A DNA stretch of 64,000 bases from an uncultured Bdellovibrio sp. (lineage in GTDB: Bacteria > Bdellovibrionota > Bdellovibrionia > Bdellovibrionales > Bdellovibrionaceae), in assembly GCA_963932905.1 (NCBI GenBank), contig CAWVRN010000008.1:32001-96000 (forward strand), given 5' to 3'. The translations under genes were made by a program, and so were the position numbers. Under the pieces are notes generated by a model. It saw only the letters and a list, made by a program, of their open reading frames with translations, was not told the DNA's origin and did not search any database. Below, piece by piece: positions 20,517 to 29,548 of this stretch (its first letter is position 1; each line of letters begins with the position of its first letter).

Positions 20517-21524
20517 ATGTCTAAAAAAGTAAGAGTTGGTATTAATGGTTTTGGTCGTATCGGTCGCGTCTTGTTTCGTGCTGGTTTTGAAAAACTAGAC
20601 ATCGTAGCCGTAAACTCATTGGATAGCGTAGCCGGTTCAGCTCACTTGCTTGAGTTCGATTCTACTCATGGTCGTTTTAACGCCGACGTTTCTCGTGACG
20701 ATAAAAATATTATCGTGAACGGGAAAAAGGTTCGGTACTTTTCTAGCAAAAATCCATTAGAAATTCCTTGGAAGGATGCAGGCGTCGACGTAGTTCTTGA
20801 GTGCACGGGTGCAATGAAGAACGCAGAAGACTACCAAAAACATATCACAGCGGGCGCGAAAAAAGTTTTCATTTCGGCTCCTGCGGATGGTGTTGATTTA
20901 ACAGTTGTTTTAGGCGTAAACGAAAATCAATATGACCCAACTAAGCACAAATACATTTCAAATGCGTCTTGCACGACAAATTGCTTAGCTCCGGTAGCCA
21001 AAGTATTGAACGAAACATTCGGTATTGAATTTGGTATGATGACAACAATTCATTCATACACAAATGACCAAAGAATTTTGGATGCGAATCACAAAGATGC
21101 ACGTCGCGCGCGTTCAGCGGCGTTGAGCATGATTCCTACATCAACGGGTGCGGCTAAAGCGATAGGTTTAGTTTTGCCTGAGCTAAAAGGCAAGTTGGAT
21201 GGTACTTCTGTACGTGTTCCAACTCCAAACGTGAGCTTAGTAGATCTTACTTTCAACTCCAAAAAAGACATGTCCGTGGCCTCCATCAATGAAGCGATTA
21301 AAGCGGCGGCAAGTGGCCCTCTAAAAGGTATCTTATTCGCAGAATCTAAAGAATTGGTATCAGTTGATTTCAATGGTAATCCTCACTCTTCCATCGTGGA
21401 TTTAAAAAGCACTATGGTTATCAACCCACGCATGGGTAAAGTATTGTCTTGGTATGACAACGAAACTGGATTTTCGAATCGTATGGTCGATTTTGTACAA
21501 ATCATGGGCGAGAAAGGATTATAA
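20517..21524 (+). CDS. gap: Glyceraldehyde-3-phosphate dehydrogenase
   Basis: GINGFGRIGR, SNASCTTNCL, WYDNE. Confidence 0.98.
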   Translation: MSKKVRVGINGFGRIGRVLFRAGFEKLDIVAVNSLDSVAGSAHLLEFDSTHGRFNADVSRDDKNIIVNGKKVRYFSSKNPLEIPWKDAGVDVVLECTGAMKNAEDYQKHITAGAKKVFISAPADGVDLTVVLGVNENQYDPTKHKYISNASCTTNCLAPVAKVLNETFGIEFGMMTTIHSYTNDQRILDANHKDARRARSAALSMIPTSTGAAKAIGLVLPELKGKLDGTSVRVPTPNVSLVDLTFNSKKDMSVASINEAIKAAASGPLKGILFAESKELVSVDFNGNPHSSIVDLKSTMVINPRMGKVLSWYDNETGFSNRMVDFVQIMGEKGL

Positions 21525-21526
21525 TC

Positions 21527-22738
21527 GTGTCGGATCAAAAATCGGGTTTAAGAGGCATCAAGACAGTTCGCGATTTCGAAGTTGAAAATAAAGTTGTGTT
21601 TTTACGTTTGGATTTAAACGTTCCAATGGAAAAAGGCAAGATCACGGACTACACACGTATTGATGCTACTTTACCTACCGTTAAATACCTTATCGAAAAA
21701 GGGGCTAAAATAGTTATGGCGTCTCACTTGGGACGTCCAAAGACATCTAAAGACAAAGAATTTTCTTTAGAGCCAGTGGCGAAAGCAATGTCCGAGCGCT
21801 TAAATAAAGATGTGTTATTAGTTGAAGATCCAAGTGCAAAAGCAGTAAAGCAACTGCTGCATACATTAGGCAAAGACCAAATTATCTTATTAGAAAATGT
21901 TCGCTTTGAAGCGGGCGAAACCGAAGATTCAGAAGAGTTTGCCAGTCGTTTAGCTTCTTACACTGACATCTATATCAACGATGCATTTGGTGCGTCCCAT
22001 CGCGCCCATGCAACGATTCATGCATTACCAGCGATGATTCCAAATCGTGGTATCGGGTTTTTGATCGAAAAAGAAATTCAAATGTTAGATGGTCTATTAG
22101 TAAATCCTAAACGCCCTTATGTGGCTATTCTGGGTGGCGCGAAAGTTTCTGATAAGATCGGTGTGATCGAAAAATTAATGGACGTAGTTGATGCGTTTAT
22201 TATCGGCGGTGCAATGGCGTACACGTTTTTGAAAGCTCAGGGTCATTTTGTTGGCAAATCGCGCGTTGAAGAAGACAAAGTTAAATACGCTAAAGAATTA
22301 CTAGCTAGAATCGATGCTCGTAATAAAACAATTTTATTACCTGTGGACCACTTGGTAACAACAAGTATTACAGACACAGCGAGTGCTAAAGTTAAAAAAG
22401 AATTCGGTGAAACAGAAATGGGTGTTGATATCGGTCCAGAAACATTGAAAAACTATTCGGCTTTGATCAAAGAGGCGGGAACTGTTTTCTGGAATGGTCC
22501 AATGGGCGTTTTTGAAACTCCTGAATTCTCTAAAGGTACGTTTGGCTTAGCGAAAGTTATCGCAGAAAGCAAAGGCACAACAATCATCGGTGGTGGTGAC
22601 AGCGCGGCGGCAGCTGAACAAAGTGGTTTCGCAGATAAAATGACTCATATTTCTACCGGCGGTGGTGCTAGTCTTGAGTATTTACAAGGTGATAAGCTTC
22701 CTGGTTTAGAAGTACTACGATTTAAAGTTCGTTCATAA
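21527..22738 (+). CDS. pgk: Phosphoglycerate kinase
   Basis: RLDLNVP, SHLGRP, GGAKVSDKI, HISTGGGASLE. Confidence 0.98.
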   Translation: MSDQKSGLRGIKTVRDFEVENKVVFLRLDLNVPMEKGKITDYTRIDATLPTVKYLIEKGAKIVMASHLGRPKTSKDKEFSLEPVAKAMSERLNKDVLLVEDPSAKAVKQLLHTLGKDQIILLENVRFEAGETEDSEEFASRLASYTDIYINDAFGASHRAHATIHALPAMIPNRGIGFLIEKEIQMLDGLLVNPKRPYVAILGGAKVSDKIGVIEKLMDVVDAFIIGGAMAYTFLKAQGHFVGKSRVEEDKVKYAKELLARIDARNKTILLPVDHLVTTSITDTASAKVKKEFGETEMGVDIGPETLKNYSALIKEAGTVFWNGPMGVFETPEFSKGTFGLAKVIAESKGTTIIGGGDSAAAAEQSGFADKMTHISTGGGASLEYLQGDKLPGLEVLRFKVRS

Positions 22739-22756
22739 TTTTTGAAAGGCGTGGGG

Positions 22757-23524
22757 ATGAAAAATATAATTTTAGCTGCAAATTGGAAATTAAATAAATC
22801 TCCTGCCGAAACTCGTAGTTTTTTTCAAAAATTTCTTGAGGATGCAAAAACGAAGTCTTTTTATCCTCAAATTGGAAAACATTTTCAAATTGCGTTCTTT
22901 CCTTCTGCCATTTCATTGGAAGCTACAAGCCAGTCTTTAAAAGGTTCGGCAGTCCGATTTGGCGGCCAGAATATCTATTCTGAATCGCAAGGTGCTTTCA
23001 CTGGAGAGAATTCAGCGAAAGTTATTAAAGAGTTAAATGGCCATTATGCTTTGATTGGCCATTCAGAGCGTCGTCAATATTTTCATGAAACGAATGCGTT
23101 GTTAAACAAGAAAATTCACCACGCTTTGAAGTCGGATTTGATACCTATGCTCTGCATTGGTGAAACATTAGAAGAGCGTGAGAGTGGAAAGACGGAAGCT
23201 GTGCTGTTGTCTCAGCTAACTGAAGGCTTGAAGGAAATAAATTCTTCTAACGGCAAAACGTTAGTAGTGGCGTATGAACCTGTTTGGGCTATCGGTACAG
23301 GTAAAATTGCAACAGCAGAGCAAGTGAAAGATACTCATGCATTCATTCATAAAACTCTAACAAAGCTGGATTTGTCAGACACACCAATTCTATACGGTGG
23401 TTCGGTCAAAGCATCCAATGCTCAGGAGTTAATTCAAATTCCAAATGTGAATGGATTTCTAGTTGGTGGGGCTTCCCTTGAGGTTCCGTCCTTTCTTGAC
23501 CTAATACAAAATAGTCTGATGTAG
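22757..23524 (+). CDS. tpiA: Triosephosphate isomerase (ATG 22757)
   Basis: ANWK, IGHSERR, AYEPVWAIGTG, LYGGSV, LVGGASL. Confidence 0.97.
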   Translation: MKNIILAANWKLNKSPAETRSFFQKFLEDAKTKSFYPQIGKHFQIAFFPSAISLEATSQSLKGSAVRFGGQNIYSESQGAFTGENSAKVIKELNGHYALIGHSERRQYFHETNALLNKKIHHALKSDLIPMLCIGETLEERESGKTEAVLLSQLTEGLKEINSSNGKTLVVAYEPVWAIGTGKIATAEQVKDTHAFIHKTLTKLDLSDTPILYGGSVKASNAQELIQIPNVNGFLVGGASLEVPSFLDLIQNSLM

Positions 23525-23684
23525 ATTGCGCGATATTTGCGTCATTTTTTCTACATCTCAAACGCCTTTTTATTCGATCAGAGTAGAGGCGGATGCAGAC
23601 TTGATGCGTTGCGTGAAGTATCATTTTTGTCACTGCCGTAAGAATCCTATTTTAAGCCGATTTCGTATTTAAAAATACTAGTTA

Positions 23685-23746
23685 AATCAATTAGTTATGC
23701 AGATGGAATTTCCGGGTTGTTTTGAGAACTGGGATTCCAGATTGCA
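23685..23746 (+). promoter_or_regulatory. IHF site plus sigma54-like -24/-12 promoter
   Basis: AATCAA-TTAG-TTA (23685-23697) matches WATCAANNNNTTR. GG-N10-GC in GGGATTCCAGATTGCA (GG 23732, GC 23744). Confidence 0.45.
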
Positions 23747-23797
23747 CCATTCTCTCGTAAAATAGAGGAGTGTGGACGACTCCTCTTCTGAGAGAGG

Positions 23798-24049
23798 ATG
23801 TTATTTATGAACGTGAAGATTCATTTTCGCCGTTGCCACTGTTGTAATGAAGCGAATGAGTGCGTTGGTGATCTTGTTACAGAGTGTTTGGTTTGCGGCA
23901 AACGCCTATTGCCATTTTTATATTTCGATGAGCGTGTTGAATACGGATTTTCGCAATTAAAATCTAAAAAAGTAAAAGTGAAAACGATATTGCCTCATTC
24001 GGTTTATCCACCACTCGTTGGCATGTCGAGCGTTTGGGAAATAGAATAA
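23798..24049 (+). CDS. Small zinc-ribbon-like protein
   Basis: CHCC...CLVC pairs; GAGGA RBS-like sequence near the start. Confidence 0.7.
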   Translation: MLFMNVKIHFRRCHCCNEANECVGDLVTECLVCGKRLLPFLYFDERVEYGFSQLKSKKVKVKTILPHSVYPPLVGMSSVWEIE

Positions 24050-24231
24050 TTTTTGATCACATTTTCTATTCAAAATTGAACGGTCGTCCAAAAATGCCCC
24101 GAGCTTGAAAAACTCGACGCAGAGAAGATTTTTTCCTTGAGTTCCGACTCTAAAGAAACAATGCTTAAGTAAATTCGAAGAAGAAAGATTTTATTTTTCC
24201 TCTTCACAAATAACTTAGCATAGGAGTTCGA

Positions 24232-25563
24232 ATGAAAAAGGGTTTACTGCTACTTTTTGTTTCTACAGTAGCATTTGGTTCTGGTTATGAAAAATCAGTT
24301 CTTTGGGGTGGTAAATATGCGGGCGTTGCTGGTTCCGCATCTGCGGGTGTTAGCGGTTCTGATTCCATATTTTATAATCCGGCCGGATTGGTGAATTCTC
24401 CAGAGTTAGGCGATATCACTTTCAATCTATCTAGCGGTTCGTCTCAGTTCAAAGGACCAATCGTTCCAAGTGCGAACGTAGTTTCTCCTGGGCCTTCGAT
24501 CGCGGCTTTCACAAACGCGAACAAACAAGAGTCGTCTAAAACGGCCCAAACTGTAGTTCCTGGCGTGACATACTCTATGAAACTAAATGATTCATGGTCT
24601 TATGGCTTGGGTTACTACGCAGTTGGCGGAACTCGCGCTGTGTATGAAGATGTTGATTTTGCACCAAGATCTTACAAAGCAAAAGTTGGTTCTGAAATCA
24701 CTATCACTGAATTTTCTGCTGGCGTTGGTTACAAAGTAAGCGAAGCTTTCAGATTAGGTTTAGGTCTACGTTACACAATGACAGATGCAAACTTTAGCTC
24801 TGTTGGATATGTGACTTCTGGTTCTAACGTTGTTGGTATTACGAACGTAGAAATCAAAGACATCAAAACAGCAAACTTAGACAGCGTTCGTTTAGGTATG
24901 CAATATGATGTTAGCGAAAACACTAAAGTTGGTTTGACTTTAAGAACTGAAACTAAAGTGAGCAAAACAGCCAAAGCATCTGGTACAGCGAACGTGTGTG
25001 GTGGCGGTGCGACTTGCCCTGCTATTGCAAACTTAACAATCGCAGAAGCCGACGTGAAAGTGGACACTGTGTTGCCAATGGCCATCAATTTGGGTGTTGA
25101 ACACAAATTGGCGGATACGTGGACTCTATACGGTGAACTTGTTCACACTGCTTACTCTACAATCGAGAAAGTTGACCTAGATGGATCTGTGACTGTTGGA
25201 ACTACAACATCAGCACTTCCTGACATCGATCAAAAATGGAAAGATCAATTGAATGTGAAATTGGCTGCTCAGTGGTCAGGTATGTCATGGCCAGTACGTT
25301 TTGGATACATTCATACGTCTGATGTTTCTAACAAACAATACGCACGTGCTTCATTCACTCCTCCGGGCGCTGCCGCGACTTACACTTTAGGTACTGGTCA
25401 ACAATTCAAAATCGGAGAATCACCTCTAGATTTCAATATTGCATTGGACTACACAACAGTTAAAGGTGATGGCGATGCTTCGGTTCAGCCTCTGTCAACG
25501 CCAGCAGGTTCCTACGAAGCAGCGTCTACAGCTATCCACACAGGTTTTGCTTACAAATTCTAA
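24232..25563 (+). CDS. FadL/OmpP1-family outer-membrane transporter
   Basis: Signal peptide, hatch-domain SIFYNPAGL motif, amphipathic strands, C-terminal YKF; strong AGGAG RBS. Confidence 0.85.
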   Translation: MKKGLLLLFVSTVAFGSGYEKSVLWGGKYAGVAGSASAGVSGSDSIFYNPAGLVNSPELGDITFNLSSGSSQFKGPIVPSANVVSPGPSIAAFTNANKQESSKTAQTVVPGVTYSMKLNDSWSYGLGYYAVGGTRAVYEDVDFAPRSYKAKVGSEITITEFSAGVGYKVSEAFRLGLGLRYTMTDANFSSVGYVTSGSNVVGITNVEIKDIKTANLDSVRLGMQYDVSENTKVGLTLRTETKVSKTAKASGTANVCGGGATCPAIANLTIAEADVKVDTVLPMAINLGVEHKLADTWTLYGELVHTAYSTIEKVDLDGSVTVGTTTSALPDIDQKWKDQLNVKLAAQWSGMSWPVRFGYIHTSDVSNKQYARASFTPPGAAATYTLGTGQQFKIGESPLDFNIALDYTTVKGDGDASVQPLSTPAGSYEAASTAIHTGFAYKF

Positions 25564-25577
25564 TTTGAAAGTTAAGA

Positions 25578-26801
25578 ATGAGTTCACTTAAAGTCGATAT
25601 TTCAGATATTCAAAAAGCACACGGGCTGTTAAAGCCCGTGATCAAGCATACAGATTTAGATTTGTCATTGTCTGCGAGTGAGCTCTACGGACGTAACGTT
25701 TATTTAAAGTTTGAAAATACGCAAAGAACAGGTTCCTTTAAAATTAGAGGGGCCTACAATAAAATCATGAATCTTTCGGCTGAAGAAAAAGCACGCGGTG
25801 TCGTTGCTAGTTCGGCTGGAAATCATGCTCAAGGGGTCGCCTTGAGTTCTAAATTAGCAGGCGTGCGATCAGTTATTGTCATGCCAGAAACCGCACCTTT
25901 GAATAAAATTTCAGCCACGAAACATTACGGCGGCGAAGTTATATTGAAAGGTGAAATCTACGATGATGCGTACGAATATGCCAAAGAACTAGAAAAAAAA
26001 GAAGGCTATACGTTTGTTCATCCCTACCAAGATTCTCACGTAATCGCAGGGCAGGGTACTATAGGGCTTGAGATTTTAACTCAGTTGCCCGACGTTGACA
26101 GCGTTATTGTTCCCATTGGTGGTGGCGGACTGATAAGCGGAATTAGTCTGGCGATTAAAGCATTGAAACCCACCTGCAAAATCTTTGGGGTTCAGTCCAA
26201 TCAGACTCCAGGCATGAGTCAGTTATTTAAACACCAACCAGCGGAACTGAAATTAAAGCGGATCACGACTATTGCTGACGGGATAGCCATCAAACGGCCA
26301 AGCCAGGAAATGTACAGTCAGTTTATTTCAAAATACGTGGATGATATCGTAACTGTATCCGATGATGAAATCGCCGAAGCCATCGTGTATTTGGTCGAGC
26401 GTATGAAAACGGTCACGGAAGGATCTGGGGCTGCGGGTTTTGCTGGTTTAATGAATCATAAGTTGGATTTTGGTAAAAACGTTTGTGTTTTACTGTGCGG
26501 TGGAAACATTGATTTGAATATCGTTTCTAAAGTCATAGAACGAGGTCAAATTAAACGCGGTAGACTAGCGAAAATGTCGGTAGTAGTCGAAGACATGCCA
26601 GGAAACTTGCAAAAATTAACTCAGATCATTGCGACAGAAAAAGCAAATATTCTGGAAGTAAACCATGATCGTTTAACTCATGGTTTATCATTACGTGAAA
26701 CTCGAATTGATTTCTTTTTAGAAACGAACAGTTTTGATCAGATTAAACGAATTGAAGCCGGTATTGAAAAGATCGGTGGCAAAGTTCTGCGCACAATCTA
26801 A
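25578..26801 (+). CDS. ilvA: Threonine ammonia-lyase with C-terminal ACT domain
   Basis: KFENTQRTGSFKIRGA, SAGNHAQG, PIGGGGL, GGNID, ACT DMPGNL. Confidence 0.93.
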   Translation: MSSLKVDISDIQKAHGLLKPVIKHTDLDLSLSASELYGRNVYLKFENTQRTGSFKIRGAYNKIMNLSAEEKARGVVASSAGNHAQGVALSSKLAGVRSVIVMPETAPLNKISATKHYGGEVILKGEIYDDAYEYAKELEKKEGYTFVHPYQDSHVIAGQGTIGLEILTQLPDVDSVIVPIGGGGLISGISLAIKALKPTCKIFGVQSNQTPGMSQLFKHQPAELKLKRITTIADGIAIKRPSQEMYSQFISKYVDDIVTVSDDEIAEAIVYLVERMKTVTEGSGAAGFAGLMNHKLDFGKNVCVLLCGGNIDLNIVSKVIERGQIKRGRLAKMSVVVEDMPGNLQKLTQIIATEKANILEVNHDRLTHGLSLRETRIDFFLETNSFDQIKRIEAGIEKIGGKVLRTI

Positions 26802-27082
26802 TGGCCGCTGCGCGCGATCTTTTTACCCAAAGAAATTTCAGATTTTAAACTGACTTCGTAGTCTTTGATTAATATCTGCATAACCATTTTTTCTGGTATG
26901 CCCAAAATAACAATTAGTTGCCCTAAAATATTATGAGGAACTTTAGACACGCCTCTTTCGAAAAGGGAAATAAACTGTGTTGAATCGTACCCAAGCTTTC
27001 TAGCTAGGTCTAACTGGGTCATGTCTTTATCTTGGCGATAATTTCTAATTAGTGAACCAAGTTCTTGGTACGTTTCGTTCAT
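26798..27082 (-). CDS. XRE-family HTH regulator (paralog 1)
   Basis: IRNYR...MTQLDLARKLGYDSTQFISLFERG. Confidence 0.88.
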   Translation of the reverse strand: MNETYQELGSLIRNYRQDKDMTQLDLARKLGYDSTQFISLFERGVSKVPHNILGQLIVILGIPEKMVMQILIKDYEVSLKSEISLGKKIARSGH

Positions 27083-27151
27083 AGAGTTTCCCTTTTAATT
27101 TTTATCAGATCAATCTATCGAGAACGTTTTTTTTAAGCTAGTGGCTAAAAA

Positions 27152-27433
27152 CTACGCGTTTTTGGCTGTTTTTTTACCTGAAGAAATTTCAGATTTCAAG
27201 TTTACTTCGTAAGCTTTCATTAAAGTGTCTAAAACTTTTTTCTCTGGAATTCCAAGAATAACAATTAACTGACCTAAAACATTATTTGGAACTTTAGAAA
27301 GTCCACGTTCGAAAAGTGAAACGAATTGAGTTGAATCGTATCCAAGTTTTTCAGCCAGGTTGAGCTGTGTTAATTCTTTCTTAACTCTGTACTCTCTAAT
27401 TAGTGCACCTAGTTCGCGACGGACTTCTTTCAT
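27152..27433 (-). CDS. XRE-family HTH regulator (paralog 2)
   Basis: LTQLNLAEKLGYDSTQFVSLFERG; 65 of 93 residues identical to paralog 1 by hand count; GAGG RBS. Confidence 0.88.
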   Translation of the reverse strand: MKEVRRELGALIREYRVKKELTQLNLAEKLGYDSTQFVSLFERGLSKVPNNVLGQLIVILGIPEKKVLDTLMKAYEVNLKSEISSGKKTAKNA

Positions 27434-27466
27434 ATCTATACCTCAACTTGTAGTTGTTAATCCGAT

Positions 27467-27496
27467 ATCATATTCTGACATATCTATAGGCGTCAA
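27467..27496 (-). promoter_or_regulatory. Sigma70-like promoter for the XRE pair
   Basis: Minus strand TTGACG-N18-TATGAT. Confidence 0.5.
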
Positions 27497-27708
27497 GGGA
27501 AGTCGTTTTATCTTTAGATTGATATTTTACGGTCGGTGCCACATTTTCTGGTAAAACTTTTGTCTCAGACCAAGATCTTAACCGCAATTTAAATTGTTCC
27601 TAAGTATACGAAAGTTTAAGTTAATGTAAAGAAAATGAACGATAAACTAATGTTATTTAGGTAATTTGCCGAATAGCCCTAAGCCAAGTCCAAACGGGAG
27701 TGAATGTA

Positions 27709-28578
27709 ATGGAAACGTTTTCAAGGGACAACGATTATTGGGAAACCTATACTCGAAATTTCTCTATTATTTCTCGAAATCAGCAAGAGGGTATAAAAAA
27801 AATGAAAATCGCTGTTGGAGGTTGTGGCTCTACTGGAGGCGCTTTCATTGATGGCTTGCTGAGGTTGGGAGTCACGAAGTACCATCTAACTGACAACGGA
27901 TTATATGATCAGAGTAACCTCAATCGTCAAATGGTTAGCCGAAAAGATATTGGGAAAAATAAAGCTATAGTTTACGGTGAGCGTATAGCAGATATAAACC
28001 CCGACGCTTTAGTTAATACATGGTCTGAAGGTTTGACGGAAGCAAATATGGGTGAATTCTTAGATGATGTGGATTTTCTATTTGATGGCGTAGACGTGAC
28101 TACGAGCGACGGTATGAAAGCGAAGTTAGCGCTGCATGAGATGGCTGCCGAGCGTAAGATACCTACAGGCTCTGCACTTGATTTGGGATTTACCCAGTGG
28201 ATTCAAAGTTATAACTATCATACTGGTGACGCTGTTTTGCATGGTCGTTTGGATAAAGCCAAAAAAGCCACTAATCCCATTTCTTCAGTCCTAGAAGGTT
28301 TCATCAATTTAGAAGAGATACCCGACGGATTTATGAATGAGCTTTTGCGTTTTCTTAAAGAGCCTACCACGGGAGTTTCGCAAGTTTCGAGTGCCTGCTT
28401 TTTGTTATCTAGTCTTACCGCCCCTTATCTTTTATATTTTATAGAGCACAAAAAACTTCCTCCGTTAGTAGTGATTGATATCAAAAGTTTCTTTGAAACA
28501 AAAGAGCAACAAGAAGAAATTAAAGGCCAAGCGGCTAAAAGCTTGCCGTTAGTCCGACAAATTTTAGCAAAGTTATAA
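27709..28578 (+). CDS. ThiF/E1-like adenylyltransferase (not MoeB type; likely ATG 27709)
   Basis: YTRN...QQ, Rossmann AVGGCGSTG, LGV, D...SNLNRQ, GKNKA, FDGVD. No CxxC zinc pairs. GGAG RBS 8 nt before ATG. Confidence 0.85.
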   Translation: METFSRDNDYWETYTRNFSIISRNQQEGIKKMKIAVGGCGSTGGAFIDGLLRLGVTKYHLTDNGLYDQSNLNRQMVSRKDIGKNKAIVYGERIADINPDALVNTWSEGLTEANMGEFLDDVDFLFDGVDVTTSDGMKAKLALHEMAAERKIPTGSALDLGFTQWIQSYNYHTGDAVLHGRLDKAKKATNPISSVLEGFINLEEIPDGFMNELLRFLKEPTTGVSQVSSACFLLSSLTAPYLLYFIEHKKLPPLVVIDIKSFFETKEQQEEIKGQAAKSLPLVRQILAKL

Positions 28579-28587
28579 AAGAGCAAT

Positions 28588-29373
28588 ATGGCTAAATCAA
28601 ATTTAAGGTATCTGTTTCTACATTATGGTCCCGGAGGCAACGCCGCCTTGGAACGTATATGGTTAAAAAATTGGAGCTCGAAAATTGATTTTTGGGATCA
28701 GCCCACAAACCTAGGTTCATTTTCCGATTTAGCATCACATTGTGCCGATCAATTTAAATCAGGAAACTACGACGGAATTATCGCTCACAGTTTTGGTTGC
28801 GAGATTGCGGTTAAGGTTAATGAATTGGTAGGAGAAAACATTAAATCCTATTTCATTTCTCCTCTCAGAGATATTCCGTCAGCATTTATAAATTTAGCAA
28901 ATTTTCTGGCCAAATCAGCCCTATCGATTGAAAGAAAAACTCAGCTGATAGAAGTGTCAGCGCAAATGGAAAAAACGCCTAATTGGATGCCGAAAAAGAA
29001 CCTCTCGTCGGAAGGGATGGCAAATTTTATTAAATTAATTTCTACTATCAGTGCAGATCCGAAATATTACCGTTGTTTTTGGAGCAAGTCAGAATGTTTA
29101 GCTCGTTACGAAAGTATTCTAACTCAGTTACCGCCATTGGATTTAACATGCTGGCAAAATGTAATGATGGATTTTCTGGGAAATCATCAAATTTCAATAC
29201 AAAAAAATAACCTCCATGTCTTTGTTGGGAGTGATGATCCTTATTTAGGATTGACTCGAGACGAGCAACTATATTGGGAAAATTTGGAAGCCAAATTTTC
29301 TTTATGTGAAAAAGTGGGACACTACCCTCATCTGGAATCTGAACTAGTTAATAACCTTCTTAAATCTATTTAG
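28588..29373 (+). CDS. Alpha/beta-fold hydrolase
   Basis: LFLHYGPG, nucleophile elbow AHSFG, acid VGSDD, His GHYPHLE. Confidence 0.82.
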   Translation: MAKSNLRYLFLHYGPGGNAALERIWLKNWSSKIDFWDQPTNLGSFSDLASHCADQFKSGNYDGIIAHSFGCEIAVKVNELVGENIKSYFISPLRDIPSAFINLANFLAKSALSIERKTQLIEVSAQMEKTPNWMPKKNLSSEGMANFIKLISTISADPKYYRCFWSKSECLARYESILTQLPPLDLTCWQNVMMDFLGNHQISIQKNNLHVFVGSDDPYLGLTRDEQLYWENLEAKFSLCEKVGHYPHLESELVNNLLKSI

Positions 29374-29443
29374 CAGAATCCTTTGACTCATCTTGAAGCA
29401 GAACTTTGATTGTCTAATTGTTATTCAATTCAAGTAAATTTAT

Positions 29444-29470
29444 TTATGTTAAGCAAAATTATGCCGATAC
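29444..29470 (+). promoter_or_regulatory. Sigma28-like promoter
   Basis: TTAT-N15-GCCGATAC upstream of the acyltransferase-like gene. Confidence 0.5.
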
Positions 29471-29548
29471 TTTAGTCTGTGAAACCATTTTGGAACCATT
29501 AGTTTTATTTTAATGGAGTTTAACTAATTTCAAACAAGGGGTGGCAAC

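Noticed and set aside
23525..23797. tRNA-Leu expected after tpiA
   Set aside because: No cloverleaf or GTTCRA T-loop found on either strand.
27635..27664. Micro-ORF MNDKLMLFR upstream of the ThiF gene as a microcin-C-like precursor
   Set aside because: No SD sequence, does not end in Asn, and overlaps the predicted promoter. The ThiF protein also lacks the N-terminal peptide-clamp extension of MccB.
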